Assembly: GCA_002633005.1 (NCBI GenBank)
Contig: NMRA01000019.1
Span: 49,555 to 113,554 of the forward strand
Length of the DNA stretch: 64,000 nt
Direction of reading: 5' to 3'
DNA from: Phoronis australis
Taxonomy: Eukaryota > Animalia > Phoronida
The stretch's first letter is position 1. Each line of letters begins with the position of its first letter. Shown one piece after another: positions 41,681 through 55,100 of the stretch. The position numbers and the translations under genes were made by a program. The notes under the pieces are model-generated. The model saw only the letters and a program-made list of their open reading frames with translations. It searched no databases and was not told where the DNA came from.

Positions 41681-42724
41681 TGTTTTTGGGCGCATCCCTC
41701 AAGATTGCGTAGGGCCATAGAAAAATATCGAATCTTGGCTAACTTCACAACCGACCATACCTTAAAAGTAGATGATCGGATTCAAATGAAACTTTCACAT
41801 GTCATGCTTGTTGCATTGTTCTCCAATCCGCTTTTAGGAATTGTCTCAAAATAGAATATCAAAAGCAGGACACTTTACATCTATTGTAAGAAAACCATCA
41901 GTTAGATAAGAGATAATTTAGAAAACTGTAACAGCGTCGACCATTTATATCGAAAGAACTTAAATGATGTTATGGATACCGCTGTTTTGCTTTAAAAGTA
42001 CCTTTTATTTCCTTTAACTTAAAGACATAGTCACGTGACACACCCAGTTGCAGATTAGCATAAAGTAAATAATGAAATTCTACAGGCTTTCTACAGAGTT
42101 TGTGAAAATAACTTTGGCATGAAAACTTGCTTACAGTATTTACACCGTCACTGAAGTCCTGATGAAAACGAGACTAAACAGACAACGCTAATGAGATATC
42201 TTTGCTGATTATGGTGATGGCATATCTGGTATTTATGATAACTTTTTTAAGATGGCCGGTCGGTTGACTGTTCAGGGGCGAGTTGAGATATCATAACACT
42301 ACGAAATGTGGAATTCCAGGGGTCACGAGCTTTGCATGACAACAGCACAGTGTTCTTGTCATTATACGTTATTGCCTTTACCATGAATACCACACAAACC
42401 ACTACCATAATCTGTAAAATAAGAAACCTCCTGTCTGCCTAAAAACGTTTTCGTCCTGACCACAGTGGTAATAATGTACTGTACACTGACATGTTCTCAT
42501 ACCAAGTTACCTTTCATTCACCCGGCGGTACTTTCAAAAATACATGTGCGCTTTCATTGTGTTGAAATCTATATTTATTTAGATATTTGGCTAAATGCAT
42601 AAGCTTGCCGAAAAGGTCTCACATAGCGCGAAGCGTCCAAGTACACCGGGAATTTCCGAAAATAGGCCCATGGGCGGATATCCGGAAAACGACCAATCGT
42701 CAAATGACACCAAATATACGCCCA

Positions 42725-42886
42725 GGTGTATTTTCGGAAAGGGAGGCGTATATTCTGAAAGGGAGGCGTATATTCAAAACGGGGGGGGGGGGTGTATATT
42801 CGAAAAGGGAGGCGTATATTCAGAAAGGGGGGCGTATATTCGGAAAGGGAGGCGTATATTCAGAAAGGGGGACGTATATTCCGAAA
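42725..42886. repeat. 21-bp minisatellite (GAAAGGGAGGCGTATATTCN-like), ~7 copies
   Basis: Directly visible; explains the three overlapping repetitive ORFs at 42587-43010. Confidence 0.9.
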
Positions 42887-42983
42887 CTGTCTCAAACATT
42901 TTATGATCCAGTTTAAAGCAAACGTCCTTCTTAACATATGTAGTGATATCTCACTAGTAAAAACTATATTCGACCATACTCAT

Positions 42984-43218
42984 CTTGCGCGCACCCAACC
43001 TAAGAAATAGAGGGGGGGAGCTCGAATTTTTGTTAATGTGGACCTTTTACTAGAAAAACGGGGTACGCTCAGAGCTTTGAACTGTGCATTCACCGAATAT
43101 TGGTAGTTCCTGCATTTTTAGTGGGCTTTTGTCTCGTTGTCTACTTTTTCGGACTTTTTTTGTTTCTCTGAGGCGGACCTTTTTGCTCACTTTGCTCCCC
43201 CCCCTGGATGCCCGCATG
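42984..43218 (+). mobile_element. CATGCGCGCACCCA-TIR MITE, copy 2 (TSD CTCAT/CTTAT)
   Basis: Same internal sequence (gctcgaattttt..gtggacctttt..ggacctttttgctcactt), degenerate TIRs. Confidence 0.8.
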
Positions 43219-44418
43219 CTTATTTCGCTTACAGTAAACACAATGTGTTGACGCTGTCCTTTATGCTATGTCAATACTGTTAGTTACCTATAAAGTCACC
43301 CAATATCTTGTCAAATGATAGTCCTTTGAGTGAAATCGCGATTCCAATGTATGTCTTGACAAAATAAACAACAAAATATATGTGTAAAAGTAGTACATAC
43401 GTATTTTAAAACAATCCATCAAATTTCAAATCATTCAAACAGTACTTTTGAAAAAAATTCTAAGAATACTAGTCTCTCATCGGCGTAATTTTGGGTGGGC
43501 CTATTTTTAGAAATTCCCGTTCCGATACTTATATCTTGCGTTGGTGTTTGAAAGACACTGCACTAAATCAAAGTTGTTTGATTTCCCAGGCAATCTAGCG
43601 AGACAGGGGTCACAACTACAAGCGCTTCACAAGGTACGTGAATTTGGCACAGGCACTTCTGAAATAGTAAACAAATTGTAAAGTTTGTATCATGAAAGCA
43701 TATTGTACAAAATGATAAAAAGTAACCGTAATTGGAAATCATCATTAGCTGTGCAGAAAACAGATTTTTGTATTACTTTCTAAGTAGACGGATTTTGTTG
43801 TTTCATAGTTCTGCTCAAAGCCACCATCTTCTTCAACATGACCTTTGACCTTGATTTGACCTTGACCGTGATCTCAAATTTCGGGCAACCGACCTCCATG
43901 AGATTCCGTGTGTTCCAAAGTATCTATGTGCCAAATTTGGTGCTTTAATCCGGGGTGTAAATGTTTTGTGATTTTTGGCTGCTAAGGGACCGGACTATCA
44001 AGAAGTCTATCCCTTCCAACAACCATCACAAAAATGCGTTTTTCGGTAGTAAAATCAATAACGTTGCGTAAGAGACTTACTCTACTGATTTGATTTATTC
44101 GCTAAAACATATAATTCTTTTGAGAAACACAGACCAAATTCCACGAAGCATATTCAGAAATGTTATTCAATCGTGTTTTTACAAGGATCAAAATGGAGAT
44201 TTTTTCAAACTTCAAATAAAACGACACGTAGGCATGCGCAGTTCGTTTTCGAAACACCGGTATGGTACTTTGTATGGCTGAAATTTTCGAAGTTCTCTTC
44301 GCCGTTTAAGAAGCTTGTTCGATGTTCTAAACATCTTTAAAACTTGTAACTCAAGCACAATTTTAACTAGTAGTAACTGAAAAGAGTTTTAGTATGTTAC
44401 TTATAGTTTCTTCGACAG

Positions 44419-44512
44419 GTATTCCCGTACCCATCATAATCGTAAGTGGGGCTGGTTCGGCTGCTGTGGTTATCCTTCTGTTGTCCCTTGTTCTAGGAGT
44501 GTTGTGCCACAG
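44419..44512 (+). CDS. Receptor A transmembrane exon (GIPVPIIIVSGAGSAAVVILLLSLVLGVLCHR)
   Basis: cgacag acceptor, AG|gtaagc donor; same phase (1-2) and style as the TM exon of receptor B. Confidence 0.85.
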
Positions 44513-44891
44513 GTAAGCTAAAGGAAGGCCTACCTAATGCGATCATGAAGTGACAAGTACATGTTCAATGATGATGTTCATGACGATGGTGACACGACTG
44601 TTCAGAATTATGGTGATCTGCCCTCGCGATTTTTACAACGTCGTGTACTCTCTTGGGCTATCATCTTGCTCAGCACTGTGCCTACTAGCTTTTCACTCAA
44701 ATTAGCCGAGGCAAGCAAATCCCGCCTCCCGTTCAGTAACGCTAGGACCTCGCTAAAAAGCAAGCGTAGGTCCTAGCGTTACCGCGGTACGGAACGCACG
44801 CCCGGTGTCGCAACGGTAACGTAAATAAGCCTACATATATCACTTTTCCCTTGCCTTTTAACACGTGACATTGTATTGTAACATGTTTCAG

Positions 44892-45528
44892 GCACATAAA
44901 AAGACAAAAGAACCAACTTAAAGAGGGTGCAAAAAGTGGCGAAGATTTTGCCACTGACGACCAAGTCACGTGTGAATCCATAAATACTCAGCAACCAAAC
45001 ACCTACGAGGCGATACAGGTTGTCAACAGACAGTTTTCTGAATACGCAGAACTAAATATCAAAGAAAGTGAAACTACCAATCAAAATGACGCACCGAACG
45101 CTATTTATTGCGAACTCGACAACAGCAAGAGAAAGTCGAATAACGTAACCACGTTTGCAACACCAGAGCCCGCATACTTTGTTCTGGAATCTGACTCAAA
45201 GATTAAAAATCGCCAAGTCGATAGTCAAATAGAACCAACTTATTTTGAAGTAGAAACAGGCGAGAGCGAAGTCAACCCCACTATTCTACTCTTACTTTCG
45301 GAATCGGATAGACAAAGGGAACTCAGCGCAAGAGCTGAACCGACCTACTTTGAACTGGACAGGAGTGAATGTACGCCTTCCGGTGATACAGAAGTCGGCG
45401 ATGGAGGAAAATGCTTTGTCTTGAGGTCTGATGTCCCACCTGCTGTTTATGAAGAAGTCGATAAGTTCATGCGTCAGCATTCACGGTCGAGCGCTGACAG
45501 CGGGTGTCAAAGAAACGATGATAAATAA
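44892..45528 (+). CDS. Receptor A terminal exon: 211-aa cytoplasmic tail with seven YxxL/I/V motifs
   Basis: tttcag acceptor, phase 2, stop-free to TAA 45526-45528: HIKRQK..NTYEAI..SEYAEL..AIYCEL..PAYFVL..PTYFEV..PTYFEL..AVYEEV..DDK*. Absent from the ORF track because it has no early start codon. Confidence 0.85.
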
Positions 45529-48500
45529 ACTTCAACAAAATGACGTGCGTGTAGGTCCCTAGTGATAGCAAAATCTAGACTCGTATGCGCCTGCGCGTGT
45601 GAAGTTTCTTTTGCTTTTGTCGCCACGGCAAACTTAGCTGGGCATCCCGAAAAACGAGCAAAATACAAAAAATTGTCAGATTTCATCCCAAAATCAGGAC
45701 TCGTATGCGACTACTAGGCACTAGCGGAATGCCAAAACAGTCCAGATTCCAAGCGGATTGGGTAGTCAACGGGTGTCTACTAGAACGGTAATCTGAAAAG
45801 TCCGAGGGACTGCCTAAATTTCCATTCAAAACGTGGAAAGAAGTAGGAGAGTGTTTAAGAGTATACACGAATGCAAGAAAAAATAGGTAAAAGGACTAAC
45901 CAACTGCACTGATTTTTCAAAAAACAGGTTAAAATGTAAACACATGATATTCGTAGCCACTACGCTTAAAGTAAACCTCAAAATGGGCAGTCAAACCAGC
46001 AGCAGGCACCAGTTTTAACGAAGCTATTAAGTACATGTACCACCTTCACTCTCATAAAATCGGTCTCGTAATATTCCGTATCATGAAAGAGTTCAATTTC
46101 CGTTACCAACAAAAACATACTAGAAACCATAAGCCACTAAAAAAATGCTTCGGCATTGGCCAACCCCGAAACCCTGAATTCCACAATGGCGCAGTTCACA
46201 TTGCCTATGATTTGAGTTGTTCAGCAACAATTCAAGATCGTAATGTTTTTAAAACCTCCATTATTGACATCTAAACATCGGCGAAATGCCCCTTTAAGTG
46301 ATTAATAAGAAGTAGGCCTACTTGAAATGGATAAACACCCAGTTCAAGACACGCGCTATGACGTACGTGGAGAAACCGCACGTGTGAAACTTGAGGATGC
46401 GCACGTCCCTATGTAAAACACATCAGTATTATTTCAAAATAGGCGTTAAACAATTATCTATTTGTTCCACTTTGTATAGTTTTATATGAGAAGCGGAAAC
46501 ATTTATTGTTGGATATTATGATAAAATTAAAGACATATTTTTAGTACCACAAATGTCATGAACTTGTTAATGACACTAAATATAAAGAAGACGTTAACCA
46601 ACCTTCTAGGCCAACTAGTGCGGATAACTCAGTCAGCGGTCAAAATCTCAGCTGGTGTCAAAATTGGCAGTTTTACATTCCTACTAATATTAGATTAAAT
46701 TAAACGTCTACCGTCACGCCATGCATAATTTAAATTTAAAATTTATACGACTTATGTCATTAAGTGTTAAGTATCATTTCTTCTAGTTCACATGATGAAG
46801 AAAATGAGGGAAAGTGAACTGCAAACAGATATTTATTTTCAATCTTCGCGCACGGCTGTTATAACAAAAATGAAGGTAAAAAGAGACACTCTCGTCGCCG
46901 GATTCGAAACTAAACTACTGTGGCGAATCGCCTTCGGAAATTTAGTCACAATAGATCCCGGAACTGGGGTGCGGGCGTAGTGATCTTTTACAGGTTGTGC
47001 CCGGTTCTGTTTTGAAGGCATTCTTTTTGTAATGGCTCATCAGCTTTGATAAAATCTGAGAAGTTCTGAGTTTTAAAAATATTTGTATGCCCGGCTGACT
47101 TCGTTCGAGTAGGTCACTGCTTCTTTCAAAGGCTATTTACTCCACAGGAAATATGTTCTATGTGGTCTGGCTAGCACGGCTGCACTGCTTTTTAGACTCG
47201 GTCAAGACACAGATCTCTAGGAATGAAATTTCAGCTTCTTCGACCATAGATAAAATAATATTTAATCTATGATTAGATTTCGCGCGAGTATGGGTAGCTG
47301 CTTATATTTGTTTGTTCCGGTGCTGTTTCGTGCTATGTGATACATGGCAATGTGATTGTTTTATTTTGCACAAGCGAAGTAAGCTTAGAACTGTTAACTG
47401 AAATAAAATCAAATTAGCAAAGAAAATTGGTCAAGGGGTCTAGACTGTCTCCATCAGCCTACGACAGAAATTCTCTCAGTGGTGTAGCTAGGAGTTCCGC
47501 TACCCATTTTAGAAGATAACGTTGCCCCTACCTGGCACACCAGATGGCGCCCAACTTGGCTGAGGTCCCCTGGCGATAGCAATGTCAATGTTGTTTCTGT
47601 TCCCACTCAATTCCAGCTAGGAACCATGACCCATATGAGCATTTCTAAGGTATTGACTATCTCAGAAACTGGACTGGAGTTGACAAATACGATCCTAGAA
47701 TATTGCTAGATTCAGAGTGCTCTTATCTTTGACTTGATAGACTTAGTAGGATATACGTAAGTCAGTGTACATTAAAATATTTTCAGTATATAACAATACT
47801 GTTCTCTCATGGTGTCCTGATGAGATCGAAAATAACGAAAATCTCAGGGTCAGGGACAAATAAAATAAAAAATCAAAACAGGCAATAAAGTAATCTGTTA
47901 TAACTTACTATTTTAATTAAACTAAAATGTAATTGCAATATACTTAAATTCAAATACATTCAGTGGTACTTGGTAGCCTTGAATATAACATTTTCTTGGT
48001 TTTAATTTCAATAAGTCTTACAATGGAACCCATTGTGCGACTTGAACTTGTCTGCTGGTTTGTAAAGTCAACAAAGCCTGGTCGCAAATGATGGGAGCAG
48101 AAAAATGTTTTCTAAGCAATAAAACTGTGAAAATTACGTAAGACCTGGAGTTTTTCTTCAATTTTGGGATCGTTAGACAATCAAAGCTCAACAATATTAC
48201 ATTCATTAGTACTATATTAAGTACTGTAGTCCAACAAAGGAGGTCTGCGATTTATCCCTAAGTCCACTGAGTTACAGAGTGGTGAGAGTCGAAAGAACTT
48301 CCGGTTACCACCACGTACGTTTAGGGCCACCACCGAAAAATTGACCAAACGTTCTCTAAGACTGGAGCTGAAAAGGTTTCAGCGGCCTCCTGCCAAGGCA
48401 ACGTGTCGATCTGTTCGCATAAAGAATGAACAGCGGCTTTGTTGTTTAGTAATTTTGTCGCGAAATCACTGGGGTTATCTGGAACCGTGCCCAAAGAGTC

Positions 48501-49027
48501 TTGATGATTCCATTACAAATAGAAATAACAAAATGAACACTCGATCAAAACTCAGTCGAAGAGACAACCGGAAAAAATGCAAATTCTCGCGACCAGTTCC
48601 GTGAAATCTCGATGTATTCGGCGAGCTCTAGCGCGAGATGGCATGGGACAGGGCATTCCATTCCTCTAGTCCTGTGAGTCAGGAATCTGAATGCTACAAG
48701 CTATATTCCGGCCAAAGTCTTGCCACCTATTTACGAGTGCAGTGTTCGAATCTCCATCGAGATGATCCCACCTGGCATTACCACACATTATATGGTCGCC
48801 TGCTTTGATACGTGTATTCCTTTAGCCAGGGCCACAAACCTAGTTTGTTAGCCCGCAGTTTCTTACTAACAAAAATACAATATCGTCGTCACGTGACTAA
48901 TCGAGTTATTTTCCTTGGCTCAATGTCTTTTGTCATAGGCCGCTTGTTGTGAGGAAGTAAAAGTAACCTATAGTTGCCTTCTTGGAGATGTCACAGTCCG
49001 ATACGTTTCTTTCTCCAAGGCCAAGCT

Positions 49028-49151
49028 ATGGAATCATTAAAGTACCAATTTGCATACTTGCACTTGTGCTCTGTATGGATTATATTAAGTTTTATGTCCT
49101 GCGAATCAAGGCAAGAATCGACTGTCAATCAGGATGTCACTCAATTCCCAG
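49028..49151 (+). CDS. Receptor B exon 1, signal peptide (MESLKYQFAYLHLCSVWIILSFMSCESRQES...)
   Basis: ATG, hydrophobic core, strong donor CAG|gtaagt, phase 1. Confidence 0.75.
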
Positions 49152-52100
49152 GTAAGTGTGCCCAACAGCGAGGTATAGGTATGGTCACAATAGTACCAAC
49201 TCAAATTAATGATCTTATACTTGCACTTATTCATTTCAGTCGTATTTATTTGCACCGTCTCGAGGCATGTTGTACTAACGACAACGTGGCCACCATTGCA
49301 ATATCGAACAAAGAAAAAACTATCGTATATCAATCTCTGTCAATCCGTACTCTTACTATTTGCTTGGACTGAATACATCAAACGATCGAAGTACCTGCAA
49401 CACGAGGCGGAAGACTGCGGCTTTGTTTCTTTTTGTATTTGGTTAACAGTTAATAGCACTTCTTTTATTGCAGACCATTTACATTCTACGACACTGTGAT
49501 GCCGCACAAAATCCATAAACTTATAGGAGATAAAGTTTCGAATAATAGGTACCCAATACCTGACGGAATTTCGTCGCAAGACCCTTTGCATTTTTCTTTA
49601 TTTTGTCTTGGAGGTTAAGAGTCCCTAACTGCTTTGTCGGATGTTGGTTTTGGGGGTTGTCCTTTCAGATAGCGAAGCATGCGCGCACCCAGCCTTCAAT
49701 ATGGGGGGGGGGCTCGAATTCCTGACGTTGTGCACCTTTTGGTAACAAAAAAGCGGGTGCGCGCAGGCGAAGTGCAGAAATCTAACACAGAATTAACACG
49801 AATTAATGTGCATTGAACCTGTACATATGGCCCACAGCCGTCCTGTATGTACAGAACAGAGATCCTAATTAAGTTGCTGGTCAGTTAAATACTAATATTT
49901 CTTGACTGGAATAGATTTCCATATAAACTTTGCAACACTTCTCAACACCTAAACACAATTGGCCTTAAAAAACTTCTCAACACTGACCGGAATCATTTAA
50001 GGTTATTTAGGACCCTTGAAAAATGTCCACTGGCTAACTACAGCAAAGCTCAGAGATGACTGATGAGGTCCTACACAACCTTAAACCATACATCCCTTTA
50101 ATGTAAATAACAGTTTCTTAGATCGGACAGAACTAGTGGACACCTCAATAATGGGAATGAGTTAATGTCTTCATTTTATTTGTACTATGACTATAGTACA
50201 TATTCTCTGGCGACATGTTTTTCCCTCCCTCTCTGCCTCCCTGCCTGCCTCCCTCCCTCCTTCTCTCCCCCCTCGCTCCTTCCTCCTTCTCTCCCTCCCT
50301 CGCTCCCTCCNTCGCTGACTCCCTCGCTCCGTCGCTAACTCCCTCCCTCCGTCGCTGACTCCTCCCTCCGTCTCTCCCTTCCTCCCTCGTCATATTTTAT
50401 GATAACCGGAAATTTAGCATTCTCGTGCAGTTCCGATGTTTTCTATATCTCTTTCTTCTCGGCAGATCTGCTTCAATACAAGGTGAACAGCGGCAGTGAT
50501 TGTTACGGTCCTACCGGCTTTATTCATTTGGGTCAGTGTAAACCAGTCTCTGATCACCAGATAATGGTTCTGTCATACGTTCACATGCATGTAACAAACT
50601 TAAGTGGAATCTGTGACGAATTCACGGACACGAAATTGAATAACTACATACCGTCCCAGGCGCGACTATGTTCTGGAGAACGGGAGTGTGTCGTGGGCCC
50701 AATTGATTGGCGCAGAGTCGACGCGGGTGGTTACTCCAACATCCTGGTTGTGTTTTACACATGTACGGAAGGTATGTATCAAGCATTTGAATAATAAGAA
50801 CTTACGAGACTGATATTGGCTATAGCTAATCACTTGACATCTTTGAAAAAAATCACCTGTAAGACCCTCGTCATCCGTCAGTTGAAAAGTTTGGAGAAAG
50901 GTCAATGCAAAGTTTGAGAAATGGACAAGCGTGACTAACCTTTCGGGCGAGTTTGTCGACATTTGTGGAGAAGACCACGCCTGGAGTACAAAGGGACCCA
51001 CTGTGTGACACAACCACGATCGTGGTGCAACATTTAGTTCTTTCAGACCTACTTATGGTGCAGTTGTACGAGGCGAAACCAGTTTAGTGTGAAATCACTA
51101 GAAAAGGATTGGCGAAAATCAAGAGAAACTTGTCTACAGGCCTCTATAATAATTCACGTAGTTCGCATTTTGTTTACGAAGTCTTTCTCCTGGAATTGAG
51201 CTGAACTGTTAGTTCACCTGTATTGGTATAATCACGCTGACAATTCATTGTTTCAATGGTTTAATTATGTGCCCCAATATTTACACTGGATTTGAACGAC
51301 GTTTCGCTTGGCTATTTCTCCGATCTTCATCAGTTAAAGCGATTATAAGTCCATTTTCCGTCTTAGACTTTGATTTAGGCGATTGCCATTTAACGCTGTA
51401 AACTTGGTATCAACTTATTCCTTACTCAGATAAGAAGTGATTTCTGGATTTGCAAAGAATTGTCAGCTCGTTATTCGTTGAGATTTATGTTCAGCGCATA
51501 AACCCAACCTGTAGAGCTCTATGTAAAGCAATAACGAACTGTCAGTTCTTTTGAAGCAATGAAATCAGCTCCAGTTTGACCAAGGAAAAATTTCGAGAGT
51601 AATGTCATAACCGTGGTGCCATATCAGAAGTCATATTCTGTGACGGAAGGCTGGTTTAGACAATCGCTGTCAGATGGTACATTGATAGCTGTTAAAAACT
51701 ATTATTATTTTTATGTTTTTGCAATTCATCATTCATGTTGAAGGAAAGACCCTAGAAAATTCAGAAAGTCACGTGCGTCTTGTATTAAATATATACAGCA
51801 AGTACAAAATTGTTCAAGAACTATTCACACTGGAGATCTAGGAGCGTCAGACAATTTCCAACGTCGAACGTTCACGAAAGACCTGCGAGTTATCACGGAG
51901 GGGTCCTTTGTCCCTTAATCCGCCTCTGATTCAACGATGCCGAATTACTCACGTTCATTGATTCTACTCAACAAGGTCGTCGTTTCGAGTGCTTACTTGG
52001 CCAATTTCCGAGCTACGATTGAAGCCTGGGCACACCAGTGGAGTGAACCTTACTGGTCTATAACAAGCAACACTAACAGCGTGCAATGTCTTAAAGTTCT

Positions 52101-55100
52101 AATGTGACAAGAAAGAGCTTGCGTTCGCCTGCAGCATTTTCCTGCACCTCACTGCGTTTTTTATTTTATTTCAGAAAAAGAAACAATCAGTGTCACTGAA
52201 CATTCGTACACGCAGCATAAGTTGTCCAGAGGCACTATTAAGTCAAGGAGATACCCGCACAACGATAGTTTTACAAGCAATACATCGTGTGTACTGTCGT
52301 CAAATCAACCCATTGATTTGTGGATTGTTGAAGTGGATTTTGCAACTCCAGGAAAGTTTTGTATTACCAGCGAATCCGGAGTCCCGCATTGCACAAACAG
52401 TGCCCAAATGACGTTCACTCGGTGGAATGACACTCATTTGCCAGTGCCATTCGTGTCACGTGACAATATAGCCATCCAGCTAAAAATTGACAAGGAAAGT
52501 GGAACAACTGGGAGATTTGCTCTGCTTTTTAAAGGTATAAACTCTCGTGACATATTTTTCATCATCACGTGATCTGTACAGTTGTAAATGATGTAATTTT
52601 ATTGGATTTGGTTTGCTGTTTGTTATTTCATTGATTTCGTTGCCAATGATTTTGTAGAAATCAAAGTACTTATATAAAATTATTTGTTAATTATCCTGTA
52701 TTTGATGTGAAAACGAACTGATTGGTTAATGCCACACTACGTCCATCTGATTGTTTATGAAGCGTCACGTGTAATTAGTAGAATTGGAAATGTAACTGCT
52801 TTTGCTGTCGTTCAGTGATAACTTTGTCTTTCATAAATTTGCAGGTTCAAAGTCGTCCCTTGTTTCAGTCACTTGTGGCAATGCATCCAACATTGGAACT
52901 TCAGCTTCTGATAACACAACCATCACAACTGAACGAACTGGGTATGAGTATCTCTTGTTCACATTACCTAGCTCTGAAAAGCGTCACTTTCAGTTAAATG
53001 GTCGTGATGCAGTCAACGTCTGTCTCTATGTCTAATAGTTTGAAAAACGTCCGCTAGGGACGTACGGTAAGAGGTTTAGAGGAAATACTTGGCTACCAAA
53101 AACTTTTCTCATACGTCTTGTAGTGCTTAAATAATGAAATGTTACTAACTTGATTTTATAAAACATACAGTGAGCCAGACCACAACTAGGCGACGTCAAG
53201 GCGTATGGAATCGATGCTTTATGAGCCATTCAGCCGTTGCAATTTCAGGCAATCAACATCAGTGGCCTACAGTCATATGACAGACAATGGTGTTTCACAA
53301 TCTTCTACAGTGACAACAACAACCAACACCGCAAAATCTCACCTCACAACGTTAACAAGTCAGCAAACGTCGAGGTGAATACTTTTGTCATTGATTATTT
53401 CAACAATTCTTGCACTGTAACATTGTCCACTGTACGTGGTACACTTCGGCATTACTCTAACCAAGACACAGTTATAAGGGCCTCACCTCGTAACCACAGG
53501 GGCCCTCCTCTGTCTCTACAGAGGAGTGGTAATTTCTTACGATCGGGTGTAGCCAGATGACAAGTTTGGTTCTGTTGAAGGACGGGTCTCACAACGTGAT
53601 TTAACCTTATGTATGTTTGGGGAAGACACAACGCCGTGTTGTTTGATTAATATTCGCAACTCAAACAAAAAACGACGGATTTCGGGAAAAATGATGTGAA
53701 ATCAAAAATAGCAACCGTAATTTCATTGTAAGAATCAAATTAATTAACAACTTTTAGATGACCATATGTTTTGTTTTGGTCCTATCTGCAGGCTTGCCTG
53801 GCAATTAGCCGTAGACGACATCCCTGCACAGGAGGACAGCAACGATATACTATATAACAATACCTAGGTTTTACAATATATGTGGAAACAAATGGTATGT
53901 GTATTTGTAGGTTTTATATTTCTTTTAGGCAGTTAACAACGTCGGTCTCGAGTTTGACAACTGATGACGTTCCTCAATGGCAATCAACGACTGGCAACCA
54001 CGAAACATCCCCTCTTACAACGTCAACAACAAAACAAACATCAGAGTTAAAGCTTTCGAGTTTGACAACCGATGACGTTTCTTCACGGCAGTTAACGACT
54101 GGCAACCACGAAACATCCCCTCACTCAACGTTAACAACAAAACAAACATCAGAGTTGGAGCTCTTGAGTTTGACAACCGATGACGTTACTTCACCACAGT
54201 CGACGATTGGCAACCACGAAACACTCCTTCTCAAAACGTCAACAACTAGACAAACATCAGGGTTGGTGCTCTCGAGTTTGACAACCGATGACTATACTCC
54301 ACGACAGACGACTAGAAGCCTAGAAACATACCTTCTCACAACCTTAACGACAAGACAAACATCAGGGTTGACGATCTCGAGTTTGACAACCGATAATGTT
54401 ACTCCTCGGCAATCAACGACTGACAACCACGAAACGTTCTCTCTTACAACGCCAACAACAAAACAAACATCAGAGTTGGAGCCCTCGAGATTTACAACCG
54501 ATGACGTTACTGCACGGCAGTCAACGACCGGAAACCACGAAACATCGCTTCTCACGACGTTAACAACAAGGTGAACACCAGGGTTGGTGATGTAATTCCA
54601 GCTTGCTTACTTCGTACCACTACAGTGTTCTTACTTGTATCCATTTCATAACATTCAATTACAATTGTTTCAATAAACAGAACCATTTTGAATTCTACAT
54701 GTGCTGTTTCCAGCTAAATACGGCAATGATGAAGACGAAATGGTGCCATAAGAGTTTTTCTCCCTTACGCAGCTAATCGGGCTTTCTTAACGTTCAGTTT
54801 CAAATCTTTGATGAACAGGCATTATTTGTTTCAGGTGGATAGCATCGTCAATCTTTGGAATGACAACTGGTGAAGTTTCTCAAGAGCAAACCACGACTGC
54901 CAGCCTCGAGACATCACATCTCACAACGATGACAACAAAACAAACGTAATGGCGAGCAATTGCAACCAAATACGATTATTTCACTATAAGTTTACAAACT
55001 GTTTGCGCCAATGATGTGTGACAAGTAACTGTGGCAACCCGTTGCAAGTCTTCGGTGAAAGGGAATTGATCCTTAACGAAAAGTATTATAGGGTGACGAT

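Larger units (their letters stand above)
42647..43519. mobile_element. Non-autonomous DNA element with ~24-bp TIRs carrying a minisatellite and a nested MITE
   Basis: cgggaatttccgaaaataggccca ... tgggcctatttttagaaattcccg. Confidence 0.65.

Noticed and set aside
42587-43010. Repetitive ORFs (GGVYSEREAYIQK) or a CRISPR-like array
   Set aside because: 21-bp head-to-tail minisatellite with no spacers; open in all frames by composition.
47811-47858. Hammerhead ribozyme (ctgatga..gaaa..gtc)
   Set aside because: Stems I-III cannot form in hammerhead register; it is a simple imperfect hairpin.
50145-50393. Arg/Glu/Gly-rich ORF on the minus strand
   Set aside because: Translation of the CCCT simple repeat.
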